This document shows, in pieces, positions 12,075 to 24,943 of a DNA stretch of 64,000 bases. Location: NCBI RefSeq assembly GCF_963921235.1, contig NC_086109.1, positions 26,848,001 through 26,912,000 on the forward strand, written 5' to 3'. Made by a program: the position numbers and the translations under genes. Each line of letters starts with the position of its first letter. Position 1 is the stretch's first letter. Under the pieces are notes generated by a model that made no database searches, was not told the DNA's origin, and worked only from the letters and a program-made list of their open reading frames with translations. The DNA is from Mobula hypostoma (lineage: Eukaryota).

Positions 12075-14179
12075 CAGTGTCTATAAAAAGTATTCACCCC
12101 CTTGGAAGTTTTAATGTTTTACTGTTTCACAATATTGAATCACAGTAGGTTTAAGTGACACACACAAGATGATGGAGGAATTCAGTGGTCAGGCAGCATC
12201 CCTGGAAAAAAGTACGGTCGACGTTTTGGGCTGAGACGCTTTAGCAGGACTGGAGATTTGGTTGGAGTTTGCCAGAAGGCATGTGGAGACTCTGAAGTCA
12301 GCTGGAAGAAGGTTTTCTGGTCTGATGAAACCAAAATTGAGCTTTTTGGCATTCAGACTAAATGCTATGTTTGGTGTAAGCCAGACACTGAATATCATTG
12401 AAAATACACCGTGATGCATGGTGGTAGCTGCATCATGCTGTGGGGACGCTTCACTGCAGCAGCCCCTGGGAGGCTTGTGAAGGTAGAGGATAAAATAAAT
12501 GCAGCAAAATACAGGGAAATCCTGGAAGAAAACCTGATGCAGTCTGCAAGAGAACTGCAACTGGGAGAAGATTTGTTTTCCAGCAAGACAATGACCCCAA
12601 GCGTAAAGCCAAAGCTACACAGGATGGAATAGCTTAAAAGCAACAAAGTTAATGTCCTTGGGTGGCCAAGTCAGAGTCCAGATCTCAATCCAGTTGAGAA
12701 TTTGTGGCTGCACTTGAAAAGTTCTGTCCACTCAGGATCCCCATGTGATCTGACAGAGCTTGAGCAGTTTTGTAAAGAAGAATGGGGAAAAATTGCAGTG
12801 TCCAGATGTGCAAAGCGGATAGATACAGACTCAAGGCTGTAATTGCATCTACTAAATACTGACTTGAAGGGGGTGAATACTTATGCAATTAGTTTGTGTT
12901 TTATATCTATATACTACTAAAACTCTCATGCTCTATCTGTCTGTTTGTGACCGCCAATTAGCGCAAATGGCGCATTACTGCGGCACTTTTCTCAGCTCAA
13001 TCCAATTAAAATGCGCTAACTTACAGAATGCAGGTAAAGTTCAGGGTTATATATTCGTATAAAATTGCTCATTCGCCAAAAATCAACAGGCTCACTTCCA
13101 CCCGAAACCCAATCGGCCATCATGGAAATCGGGACGCGACAACCTGACGCATGCGCACGGCCAGCTTCAGCAGTAACACCTACCGGAGCAAAAGGGCAGG
13201 GCAGCTCTATTTCACAGGGTCACATTCTGCTAATCACCATCAGCATGTGCAGGGTTGGGACAGATCTAACTGCCACCCATCAATAAGAGATAATTAAATC
13301 TTACTGTAATGATGTACTTTGAGGCAACCATAAAACCCTTTGCTGCAGTCAAAGGACAGCGGTGACTATATCACGTCCATTTAGGAGAGCGGCAACCGCA
13401 TAATCAAAACTGATCAGCATCCTTTGATGTTACTGCTTCGTATTTTCTATCCAGTATTAGGGTAAAAAAAAATGGTCAGCCTAATTATGCTGCATGGAAA
13501 GGGAAGGGGGACATTATGGCCAAGAGATGATGCCAAACATCATCGGGAAGCGGCAAGGAAGGGGAGAGAACAAAAATCGGATGAGGCCAGGGCCGCATGA
13601 CTCCAGGATCAAAGAGTCAGGACCAAAAAAGATGAGAGAAGAAGAGACAGAGGAGGAGAGGCATGCACGTCTCCAGGATCAGAGACAAACAACAAACAGC
13701 AGAAGAGATAAAGTGATGGGGGATGAAAGGACTGCACGTCTCCAGAATGACAACGAGAGGCACAGGAGTGGCAGATAATCCAGAAATGATGCCATCAAAA
13801 GTGTCCTTCGTTAAATGAGGAGCAGCTATATTTGCTTTGCTACGTGTTGTTTTTCTTTAATAAACTGAGGTTTTCTACTTCAGTTTCCAAAGCAAAGCGA
13901 TACCAATAGCATTCAGGAAAGTTTAATGTTCATTCTGGTAACATCAGACTGCACTACCCTTCTCTCAAAGGGTTCCCCAATGGGTCACCCTGTTGTCTAG
14001 TTTGTAATTAATTTAGATCACTTTGTAGAGATCTGTTTTCACTTTAACACAAAAGAGACTTTTTCTGTTGATCAGTGTCAAATTAAATCCACTGTGATTC
14101 AATATTGTAAAACAATAAAAAATGTCAACTTCCAGGGGTGTGTGGGGGGGGTGTGAATGAATACTTTTTATAGGCACTG
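12075..14179 (+). mobile_element. Tc1/mariner DNA transposon, internally deleted, with a Helitron inside its right TIR
   Basis: TA TSD at 12073-74 and 14180-81; TIRs CAGTGTCTATAAAAAGTATTCA / TGAATACTTTTTATAGGCACTG; transposase remnants WSDETKIELFG, HGGSCIMLWG, QQDNDPK and WPSQSPDLNPVENLW (Tc1-type DDE). Confidence 0.92.
12906..14000 (+). mobile_element. Non-autonomous Helitron (about 1.1 kb)
   Basis: 5' end TCTATATACTACTAAAAC; 3' imperfect hairpin (AGGGTTCCCC...GGGTCACCCT) followed by CTAG; sits between A (12905) and T (14001) with no TSD; removing it gives continuous Tc1 TIR-like sequence; internal ORF 13494-13778 has ETEEERHARL-type charged repeats. Confidence 0.85.
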
Positions 14180-14434
14180 TATGTGCTCTGATAATAAATA
14201 CTACTTTTGACTTTTTTGACTTTCAAAAGCAATATATCTGCTGGCTGTAAATTTGAAACAAAACATAATGTTGGAAACATGTAACAGGTCAGGTAGCACT
14301 TTCAGAAAGGGAGACAGAATGAATCTATCTGGTTGAAGACCTTTCATCAGAACAGGCAAAGGCTTCTCAACCTGAAACATTACTCAGAGATAGAAGGAGT
14401 TATATATGCTAGTGACAAGGTGTAAGGGGAGCTA

Positions 14435-14960
14435 AAGGCACTCCTTGAGTATTGTGAGCAGTTTTGGGCCCCCTTGTCTAAGAAAGGATGTGCTGGCATT
14501 GAGGATGGTCCAGAAGAGGTTCACAAGAGTGATTCCGGGAATGAGAGGATTAATATCTGAGGTGTGTTTGATGGCTCTGGGCCTGTACTCACCAGGAGTT
14601 TAGAAGAATGAAAGGGAATATCATTGAAAACTTTGGAATATTGAAAGGAATAGATGGTGTGGATTTGAAGAGGAAGTTTCTTATAGTGGGGAAGTCTAGG
14701 ACCAGAGGCCACAGCTTCAGAATAAAAGGATCTCCCTTTAGAACAGAGATGAGGAGGAATTTTTTTAGCCAAAGGGCAGTGAATCTGAAATTCATTTCCT
14801 TAGATGGCTGTGGAGGCATTGGGTATATTAAAATTGAATGCTAATAGGTTCTTAATTCATAAGGGCATCAAAGGTTATGGGGCAAAGGCAGAAGAGTGGG
14901 GTTGAGAGGGATAATAAATCAGCCATGATGAAACGGCAGAGCAGACTCAGTGGGCTGAAT
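14435..14960 (+). mobile_element. CR1 LINE 3' fragment
   Basis: SRTRGHSFRIKGSPFRTEMRRNFFSQRAVNL; same 3' UTR family as the 9795-11935 copy. Confidence 0.85.
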
Positions 14961-16526
14961 TGGGGCAATGAATAGCCATAAAGGAAGGGTAGAAATGAGA
15001 GATTTCCTCAATCAGATTGATTGTTGCTCTAGATTCCAGCATCTGTAGCCTCTTTTCTCCCCATCCATCCATCCATCCATCTATCCATTTGTTCTTCTAC
15101 CTGACTGTTGCATAATTCAACAGCTAGAAGTTGTTGATTATTTCTTATCAACAAAGTAACAATAGGCTTGAGACAGCAGTGTGTAAAGTCATCTGTGGAA
15201 TGGGAGCCCTAGTCTCCAGTCACTCTATTTGGCAACCACAATTTATGTGTGAAAGGACCTCTATCAAGGGAATTTCTGGCTTTATGCATTTTCCAGTAAA
15301 TGATATCACTGGTTAGGCCACGATTTTTGTATTGTTCCCAATGGGAAGGTAATGGTGACCCATTGTCGTGAAGCACTGCTGTCCTTCCAGTAATAAATTC
15401 GAATCAAATCTGAAAGGATAAGGTCAAGCAGTTCTATGGCTCTATAATTTCCCAGTGATGATGTTCCAAATGTGAATTAATTCAGTTAAGGGTTACTATA
15501 GTGACAAAAGGTTTTCCTATATGTATTAATGCAAAGTGACATTCATTGGCCAATCCAGTTTCAGGCTTACACTCACATGAAAGCTCAAAGCTCGGTTAAT
15601 CTTTGCATGGCACAGTTCTGCATGGGAGAGCTCCTTGTAGCAGGGGTAAAGGTTAGTTGGTCTTTGGGGTGTTTGAATTATTCCGATGGTTTCAGACTTG
15701 CAGCTCCGCATTTCTACATTTGTAAACTTTAAATCAAAAGGACGCAGTTTGTCAAGGAACTACTTCTACAACCTCAGCGGCAACAATGTCATCTCCTGTC
15801 AGATTGTCGGACTGTGGCAATATATGCTGCTCTATAGAAACCAAATCAAGTGAAATGAAGTTTAGTTGTCATTTAAACCACACATTATTACAGCCAAATG
15901 AGACAGCGTTCCTCTAGGACCAAAATGCAAAAAACATATGTACGCATTCAAAATAGCGGGAAAGTCAAAAAAAAGAACATAGTCATATAAGGAAACTCGT
16001 TTTTAGTCCAAGACCCTGAGCAACAAGTCCCTCAAATTGATGGTTCCTAGCATTCCAGCCTGCAATTTCACTGATCTGACACTGGAGGGCAGCACCCGAT
16101 GGGAGAGGCCACCACCAAGCAACCCAGGACGCCTTGCCACAACGCAAGCATGTGGCTTGAGAACTAGTCCTCTCTACAACCGATGCAACACTGCTGCCTC
16201 GCCGCCCGTCTGCCCAGGAAACAAGGGAAGCAGGCCTGGGGCAATCAATGTCCAACAGGGTCTTGTGATTGCAAAAGAAACATCCAGGACAATCACTTAC
16301 GATTTCCCTACACGCCACGTACGTACCAACTCTGGTACATGCGGTAGCAGGAGGCAGTACAATCTCCACCCAGGTCAGCTTTTCCAAACCCAATCCAGCT
16401 CCTCCTCCGGCCCTGCAGCCTGACTTGAATCCCTCAGCCTGACGGCCCAACTCAAATCCCACAGCACAATGGTCCGACGCGAATCCTTCGGCCTGACAGC
16501 TCATCTCGATTCCCTCAAACAAACGG

Positions 16527-16985
16527 TGGGAGGAGAGAGAGCAGCGCGCTGCGCGTGCGCAGCCCTTCAGTGAAAAATTATATCGCATCTGTTAAATAGG
16601 GGCCGTGGACAATTCTGATTTGATGGAGACAGACGTGAAAGCAGAGGAACATCTGGAAAAATTTCTGAAACGCTCGTTCGCTGCTGTCGTTACTGCGCGG
16701 TCGGGAATCTTTTGGAGGGAAGGCCTCAAAATCCCCGGCTTTGCGTGAGATGTGGGACATTTGAGAGACTTTGAACTTTTACTGTGCTCATGGACTTCTT
16801 CATCAAGTTATAGTATTGTTGCACTGTTGTAACTATAGGTTATAATTATGTGGTTTTGTTAGTTTTTTTCAGTCTTGGTCTGTCCTGTGTTTTGTGATAC
16901 AACACCGGAGGAAATATTGTATCATCTCTTAATGCATGTATTACTAAATGACAACAAAAGAGGACTGCGTATCTTCATAATCTAA
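16527..16985 (+). mobile_element. Short non-autonomous retroelement nested in an older antisense GC-rich repeat (about 15850-17080)
   Basis: 6-bp direct repeat AAACGG at 16521-26 and 16986-91; CpG-rich head and AT-rich LINE-like tail; family not determined. Confidence 0.5.
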
Positions 16986-17810
16986 AAACGGGCCAACTCA
17001 CTTTCTCTGAACAGCTGGCCGGCTCTTATGATACCCCGGCCGTCTATTCCAAATAATGTGCAGCTCACTGATCCGGTGGGTCTGCTGTACACAGAATTAT
17101 TGGAGTCAAGGATAGTCTTACTATGTATTAAAAACAGACTTAAGAAAGGAAAAAGCACCTTTGGTTGGCTCCTGAGAAGCCGCTGCATGTATACATGCCA
17201 CCATTACCTGCTCTAAATTATAAGTATTTATGTAGATAATCTCCTTTGCAATGTGGAATTAGTTTCTTTCCTGAAATTATCTTCTCTCTTCCTCATCATA
17301 CAAAGGATATCAAAGGAAAATCACCCAGGGAATGCTGAAATGAGAATGGTCATTCCTGTCAATAATTACTATCAGAAATAATCAGAATCTGGCTTAATAT
17401 CACTGGCATATGTCATGATGTTTTTAAACTTTGCAGCAGCAGTACAATGCAATACACAGTAATAGAAAAGATAATAACTGTTCATTACAGTAGTATACAT
17501 ATTAAATAGTTAAATAAATAATGCAAAAATAGAAATAAAAAATGTAATGAAGCAGTTTTCATACGATCAATGTCCATTCAGAAATTGGATGGCAGACGGG
17601 ATGAAATGGTTCCTGAATTGTTGAATATGTGTCTTTAGGGTCCTGCACCTCCTTCCTGATGGTAACAATGAGAAAGGGTATGTCCTGGGAGATGATGGGG
17701 GGGAGGGAGGTCCTTAATGATGGACACAACCATTTTGAGGCATCACTCTTTGAAGATGTCCTGCAAACTACGGACGCCAGTGCTGATGACAGAGCTGATT
17801 CAGTTTAGGT

Positions 17811-20792
17811 GACTCCAGAGCCTGCTGGCCATGAAATCCTACATCTACGGACTCCAGAGCCTGCTGGCCATGAAACTAGCAGGCATGAACTTCAGATTGC
17901 CTCTGCCATTGATCTCGCCGGCTCTAACACCTCAGGGCAGATTCAAAGCCCGGACTCCAGCAACGACCATGGATACATGCAAAGTGATTGTGCAACCACC
18001 AACTGCGACTCCAGCCTTGAACTCCAGGCCAGGTCTTCACGTGCTGCTTTGTGACTCCCGCCTCCCCTTCCCCCACCAATACTCTGCAATCCCATCTCCT
18101 TCTGATCCAATTGTCAGCTCCTGGGTCCTCAGAGGCTGCATCTTCCTCTCACCCCAACCCTCCCCTCTCCATTGACACCCCCAGCCTCCCCCCTCCCCCC
18201 TCTGATCCCAGCTCTCATCCGTGCCATCCCCTCCGACCTTCAACTGTCTGAGGCAGAGCGCTCTGTCCTCAGTAAGGGCCTCACCTTTGTCCCCCTTCGC
18301 CCACACCTCAGCGAGTTCTGCATTCGCCATGATGTGGAACTCTTCTTCCGCCGTCTCCGACTCCGAGCCTATTTCTTCGGCAAGGATTCTTCCACCCCCA
18401 CCCATGACCCCTTCTCCCATCTTCAACCCTCCTCTTCTTCATGGACACCCCACTTTGGTCTTCTGCCTGCTCTGGATCTCTTTATCGCTAACTGCTGACG
18501 GGACATCAACCGTCTCGACTTCACCGCACCTTGTCCCCATTCCAACCTCACTCCTTCGGAACGCTCTGCTCTCCACTCCCTCTGCACTAATCCTAACCTT
18601 ATTATTAAACCTGCCGATAAGGGGGGTGCTGTTGTAGTCTGGCGTACTGACCTCTACCTTGCCAAGGCACAGCGACAACTCGCGGATACCTCCTCTTATT
18701 TACCCCTCGATCGTGACCCCACTAAGGAGCACCAGGCCATTGTCTCCCACACCATCACCGACTTTATCCGCTCAGGGGATCTCCCATCCACTGCTACCAA
18801 CCTTATAGTTCCCACACCTCGCACTTCCTGTTTCTACCTCCTACCCAAGATCCACAAACCTGCTTGTCCTGGCCGACCAATTGTCTCAGCTTGCTCCTAC
18901 CCCACCGAACTAGTTTCTGCATACCTTGACACGGTTTTATCTCCCCTTGTTCAATCCCTTCCTACCTATGTCTCACGCTCTTAAACTTTTCGATGATTTT
19001 AAGTTCCCTGGCCCCCACCGCTTTATTTTCACCATGGATGTCCAGTCCCTATATACTTCCATCCTCCATCAGGAGGGTCTCAAAGCTCTATGCTTCTTTT
19101 TGGATTCCAGACCTAATCAGTTCTCCTCTACCACCACTCTGCTCCATCTAGCGGAATTAGTCCTTACTCTTAATAATTTCTCCTTTGGCTCCTCCCACTT
19201 CCTCCAAACTAAAGGTGTAACTATGGGCACCTGTATGGGTCCTAGCTATGCCTGCCTTTATGTTGGGTTTGTGGAACAATCTATGTTCCGTGCCTATTCA
19301 GGTATCTGTCCCCCACTTTTCCTTCGCTACATCGACGACTGCATTGGCGCTGCTTCCTGCACGCATGCAGAGCTCGTTGACTTTATTAACTTTGCCTCCA
19401 ACTTTCACCCTGCCTTCAAGTTTACCTGGTCCATTTCCGACACCTCCCTCCCCTTTCTAGATCTTTCTGTCTCTGTCTCTGGAGATAGCTTATCCACTGA
19501 TGTCTACTATAAGCCTACTGACTCTCACAGCTATCTGGACTATTCCTCTTCTCACCCTGTCTCTTGCAAAAACGTCATCCCCTTCTCGCAATTCCTCCGT
19601 CTCCGCCGCATCTGCTCTCAGGATGAGACTTTTCATTCTAGGACGAGGGAGATGTCTTCCTTTTTTTAAAGAAAAGGGCTTCCCTTCCTCCACTATCAAC
19701 TCTGCTCTTAAACGCATCTCCCCCATTTCACGTACATCTGCTCTCACTCCATCCTCCCGCCACCCCACTAGGAATAGGGTTCCCCTGGTCCTCACCTACC
19801 ACCCCACCAGCCTCCGGGTCCAACATATTATTCTCTGTAACTTCCGCCACCTCCAACGGGATCCCACCACTAAGCACATCTTTCCCTCCCCCCCCCTCTG
19901 CATTCCGCAGGGATCGCTCCCTACGCGACTCCCTTGTCCGTTCGTCCCCCCCATCCCTCCCCACTGATCTCCCTCCTGGCACTTATCCGTGTAAGCGGAA
20001 CAAGTGCTACACATGCCCTTACACTTCCTCCCTTAGCACCATTCAGGGACCCAAACAGTCCTTCCAGGTGAGGCAACACTTCACCTGTGAGTCGGCTGGG
20101 GTGATATACTGCGTCCGGTGCTCCCAAGTGGCCTTTTATATATTGGCGAGACCTGACGCAGACTGGGAGACCGCTTTGCTGAACACCTATGCTCTGTCTG
20201 CCAGAGAAAGCAGGATCTCCCAGTGGCCACACATTTTAATTCCACATCCCATTCCCATTCTGACATGTCTATCCACGGCCTGCTCTACTGTAAAGATGAA
20301 GCCACACTCAGGTTGGAGGAACAACACCTTATATTCCATCTGGGTAGCCTCCAACCTGATGGCATGAACATCGACTTCTCTAACTTCCGCTAATGCCCCA
20401 CCTTCCCCTCGTACCCCATCTGTTACTTATTTTTATACACACATTCTTTCTCTCACTCTCCTTTTTCTCCCTCTGTCCCTCTGAATATACTCCTTGCCCA
20501 TCCTCTGGGTCCCCCCCCCCCTTGTCTTTCTTCCCGGACCTCCTGTCCCATGATCCTCTCATATCCCTTTTGCCAATCAACTGTCCAGCTCTTGGCTCCA
20601 TCCCTCCCCCTCCTGTCTTCTCCTATCATTTTGGATCTCCCCCTCCCCCTCCAACTTTCAAATCCCTTACTCACTCTTCCTTCAGTTAGTCCTGACGAAG
20701 GGTCTCGGCCTGAAACGTCGACTGCACCTCTTCCTAGAGATGCTGCCTGGCCTGCTGCGTTCACCAGCAACTTTTATGTGTGTTGTTGTTTG
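17811..20792 (+). mobile_element. Penelope-like retroelement (RT plus GIY-YIG endonuclease), 5'-truncated, few disablements
   Basis: LSKGLTFVP, IKPADKGGAVVV, FYLLPKIHKP, GRPIVS, MDVQSLYTSI, RYIDD, LPFLDL, VIYC...YIGET; 10-bp TSD CAGTTTAGGT at 17801-10 and 20793-802. Confidence 0.93.
20688..20723 (+). ncRNA. Minimal type I hammerhead ribozyme motif in the Penelope 3' end
   Basis: AGTC-CTGACGA-AGG(GTCTCGG)CCT-GAAAC-GTC-GACT: stem I AGTC/GACT, core CUGAnGA, short stem II, GAAA, loop-less palindromic stem III ACGU, GUC cleavage triplet. Confidence 0.75.
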
Positions 20793-21523
20793 CAGTTTAG
20801 GTTAGTATCAGGTCTTGGTAACTTGTGCACTATGTGAATGTGTGTCTTTTTATGCTTATATATTTTTATTTTATACTGAAGGATCCTGCATCAAAAGTAA
20901 ATGAGCCAAATATGAACAAATGAAAACAATTTTAAGTCTAAAAGCCTGAAGAAGTAAGTGCAATTTTGGAAGGAAAATTGAGGAGAGGTCCCAATTTAAA
21001 AGAAGTGTATAGAAATCTGTGAGGACTCCAAAACAAGTTATTCTGGAGAATATTGCTGGCAAACCTCTGTTAGAGCTAAACATAACATTGCACCTAATTA
21101 CTACCTGATTCACCCCTTCTTTTATTTATTCAAGCCTGGTGCCTGGAACAGTGAATTTGGCCCTTCACATGAGTTTGTCAATTAAAGAAGCAGAGTTACC
21201 CATTACTTCTATTTGAACAGACCAGGTGTGCACCAGTTTATGTTGACAGACTTAGGCTAAAGTAAAGTGAAGATGAATGACACTCTGTTGATTATTGAGT
21301 ATCGTACAATTTTTTTCCCCTGTTTCAAGCTACATTTTATGAAAAGCTGGGAAGAATTGCAAGATATCGTATTCTATACTTGAAAAAATCTGATGATTTA
21401 TTTAGGTGGCTAATTATTAATTGATAGCACTGTAAATTGAAATATAACTTTCTGGTTTGGTTAATATTTGATGTCTGTCTCCCAAAAGAATACAGTAATG
21501 AACTGATCTTTCTCCTGTTCTAG

Positions 21524-21690
21524 TAATGGCAAATCCCCAGAGGTTCCTGGGTAACAGCCTTGTTTCATGGAGTAATCTCGTCAGCACAATCACTTTGCCC
21601 TGGTACATTGGATTGATGTTCCGTACACGGCAGGCAAATGGGCTCTTTATTCAAGCAGATGCTGGCCAGTTCTCTACCATCAGCATCCAG
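21524..21690 (+). CDS. CELSR2: CELSR2-like internal exon A (start of laminin-G 2), phase 1 to 0
   Basis: ttctag|TA ATG GCA AAT CCC...ATC CAG|gttggt; encodes MANPQRFLGNSLVSW...WYIGLMFRTRQANGLFIQ, which resembles CELSR2 MANPQHFLG...WYLSLMFRTRQADG as I recall it. Confidence 0.93.
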
Positions 21691-21999
21691 GTTGGTAAAT
21701 TGATCCATTTCATAAAATACTTTACCAATTATTTGTGTGGTTAAGTATATATCCTGGATGCCAATATCAATGAAAAGGGGATGAGGGGGTGCGATGATCT
21801 GGCGGCTAAATTGCTCAACGAATACCCAAAAGCCAAAGCGGATGATTCGAGACTGACTGTGGTGGGTGGTGTGTTTAAATTTGGTTAATTAAATAGATCA
21901 GGAATTGAAATGTTAGCTTCAGTGATGCTCACCATCAGATGAATAAGACATAATCTGGTTCACAACTGCCCTGTACAGAAGGAAATGTGTTGTTACGGA

Positions 22000-23010
22000 G
22001 CATAGAACAGAACAGCACAGTACAGACCCTTTGGCCCATGATATTGTGCTGACATTTTAGCCTAATCCAAGATTAATCTAACCTTTTCCTCCTACAAAGG
22101 CCTCCATTTTTCTATCAGCTATATGACATTCTAAGAGTTTCTTAAGTGCCCATAATGTATCTGCCTCTACCACCACCTCCAGGGGACTTCATACACCCAC
22201 CACTCTCCGTGTAAAGAACTTGCCTCTCATATTCCCCCCCACCCATACTTTCCTCCAATCACTGTAAAATTATGCCCCCTTGTATTAGCCATTTCTGCCC
22301 TGAGGAAGAAAAAGTCTCTGACTATCCACTCAATCCATGCCTCTTATCATCTTGTACATCTCTATCAAGTCACCCCTCATTCTCCTTCACTCCAGGGAGA
22401 AAAGCACCAGCTCACTCAGCCTATCTTACCCTTGCAACTGTGGCTACAGTTGACTCTAAGTTCACAACAATGGATTTTTAACTGGCCTTTGAAGAAACAT
22501 TGGAGCCACTTGGTGCAAGGGACATCAGGGAGAGGCAATAACTGATGGCTTTGTTGGTGGCGACTCTGCCACATGAATAAATGGAAGTACCAGGTGGTTA
22601 GGGAGAATAGGGCAATATTTCAGGGTTTTTTTCAGATATTTTAATTTATCTTTAAGTTTTGAAATTAACTATTGGAAAGCGTGCTAATGTTTTAGAATTA
22701 TACTCAAGATTAAAGGTTATTGGACCATAAAACCATAAGAAATAGGAGCAGAATTGGGCCATTTGGCCCATCGAGTCTGTTCAACCATTTCATCATGGCT
22801 GATCCATTTTCCTTCTCAGCCCAGTCTCCTGCCTTCTCCCCCTGTCCCTTCATGCCCTGACGAATCAAGACCTATCAACCTCTACATTAAATATACCCAG
22901 TGACTTGGCCTCTATAGCCACCAATGGCAACAAGTTCCACAGATTCACCACCATCTTGCTAAAGAAATTACTCCTCATCTCTGTTCCCTCTATTCTGAGG
23001 CTGTGCCCTA
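22000..23010 (-). mobile_element. Two separate antisense CR1 3' fragments (about 22000-22425 and 22725-23010)
   Basis: Reverse complements of the CR1 3' UTRs seen at 7722-8358 and 14435-14960. Confidence 0.75.
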
Positions 23011-24443
23011 TTAATCAGTTATGGAAGTAAGGAAAACTCATCAGATATGATGTTCTTGACCGCTGACCCTGATCCAACCCAGTTCCCCCCATACAATTGC
23101 TCCTTCCCCAAAAGATATTGGACGTTCCCCAATAGGCATTAGAGAACTTCTTCAGCAAGTTTCACGATGGCAGTATTTCATTGAAACAAGTATTCATATA
23201 TTATTTAATATCAGTAATTTTTCATTTAATATTAAACTCTTACACATACAACAGAATATGTATTTTTAAGAAAATATTTATTTGTATATCCTGCTAACTG
23301 TTAAATCCTGTACTTTTTTCATAAATTGTTTACCTATTGGTAATCAGTTTGGATCAGTATCACTTCTACATCTGAGTCAAAGTTGTGTGCTGAAAGCATT
23401 CACTGAGCCATTTAAATACCTAATCGAGAGTGACATGTGTATGCATTGCCATCAGAGTGCTGTATTGTTAAAAGTATCAACCTTTGAATGAGATGTTAAA
23501 CAGAAATGTCTGTTTGATTGACTATTAAATAATCCTTGATAACTATTTGTGGAAGAAAAGGATCGAATTGTTGTGTCAACACTTCGATGTTTCTGCTGCC
23601 CGGGCACTACTGAAAGTGGTAAACTGGATATTTTTGCTTTGCTGTTTATGAAGCCTTATAGCAGTTTTATAACATGGATAAACATTTGAGAGGGCTGGAG
23701 GGCCAGAGACAAGAAGGTCGAAGAACAGTGGCTGGAGATCAGATCCGGCTGGGTATTCTAGAGAAGGAGAGAGCAGAGGAGGGTACAACTTTACGTGCTT
23801 TTGTCTGATGCCATTTTGTAAACCGGACGCATCAAATGAATTGCTAGAACTGGATCCATCCAATGTCAAAAAGCATTTTTGGCCTGCCCCAGTGTGGAGC
23901 TCAGTAATGCAGTGGGATGAACTGTGAAGGTTGCGTCATGAATTGGTGTGGGGTAGTGTCAAATAACCAGCCATTAGAAAAGCCCTTAAGTACCATTAGA
24001 AGTGTTCATGACTGCCAAGGTGCCACTATCCCTTATTTTATGTCTAACTATAGTTCTTTTGGTTAACTTTCCTCCGCTAGGAAATTTAAGGAACTTTCAA
24101 AAATGTGATTTGACTGGAGAAAAATAATCTACCAAATGAACTGTAAATCCAAGAAAGGAATATTCCTCAAATTGTTAATTAGTTTTATATTAAATTATTG
24201 TTGCCATGAAAGAGGATATAATAATTCTTTTCATCACTCTTCAGAGCCTGAAAAAACTAGTCAAGAATTCTGCTCACTCTCAAGGTTAAGTTTTTTCTTG
24301 CTTTTGATGTGTTGACATAAGATTTTATCCCTAACAGGTAGGCTTGTTTTTACAGCTAGTTGGATGAAAACAAACATCATGTCTACACCAGCCTGTTACC
24401 TTTTCCAATTTTCCCATTAAGAGCATCCTGTCCTAATTGAGTA

Positions 24444-24486
<43 letters not shown>
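24444..24486. repeat. (CT)n(TA)n microsatellite
   Basis: Direct reading of the sequence. Confidence 0.95.
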
Positions 24487-24490
<4 letters not shown>

Positions 24491-24943
24491 AATAATTTAG
24501 CATACATTGAAAAAATGTGTTCTGGCACTATCATCATGAGAATATTAGTAAAAGTGGATTGTTAGACTACACTCAGTGGCTACTTTATTGGGAACCTCCT
24601 GTAACTAATAAAGTGGCCACAGAGTGTATGTTCATGGTTTTCCACTTCAAGGTTTAACGTTCAGAGCTGCTCTTCTACATGCCACTGTTGTACACGTGGT
24701 TATTTGAAAGAGAGATTTCTTTCCTCTGTGTGTGGTGAACTCTGCAGCGCTATGGAAGCTGAATTGGTTTTCTCATTGAAAATGCAAGGATTTCTGGAGT
24801 TAAAAGAATCATGAAAAATGGGGAAGATGAGCTGAGGTGGAAAATCAGCAGGCACAAATGCTGGATGGATCACTCCTGCTCTCCTTTCATTCTTATGATT
24901 TGTCATTGGGCAGGGAAATCAGTAACCACTGACCCCTACATTC

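Noticed and set aside
15983..16588. 201-aa minus-strand ORF and overlapping 128-aa plus-strand ORF
   Set aside because: They lie in a GC-rich repeat, the longer one spans a nested-insertion junction, and neither has a recognisable domain; most likely chance ORFs.
18037..20837. Many overlapping ORFs, including minus-strand ones
   Set aside because: Alternate-frame and antisense shadows of the C-rich Penelope coding region.
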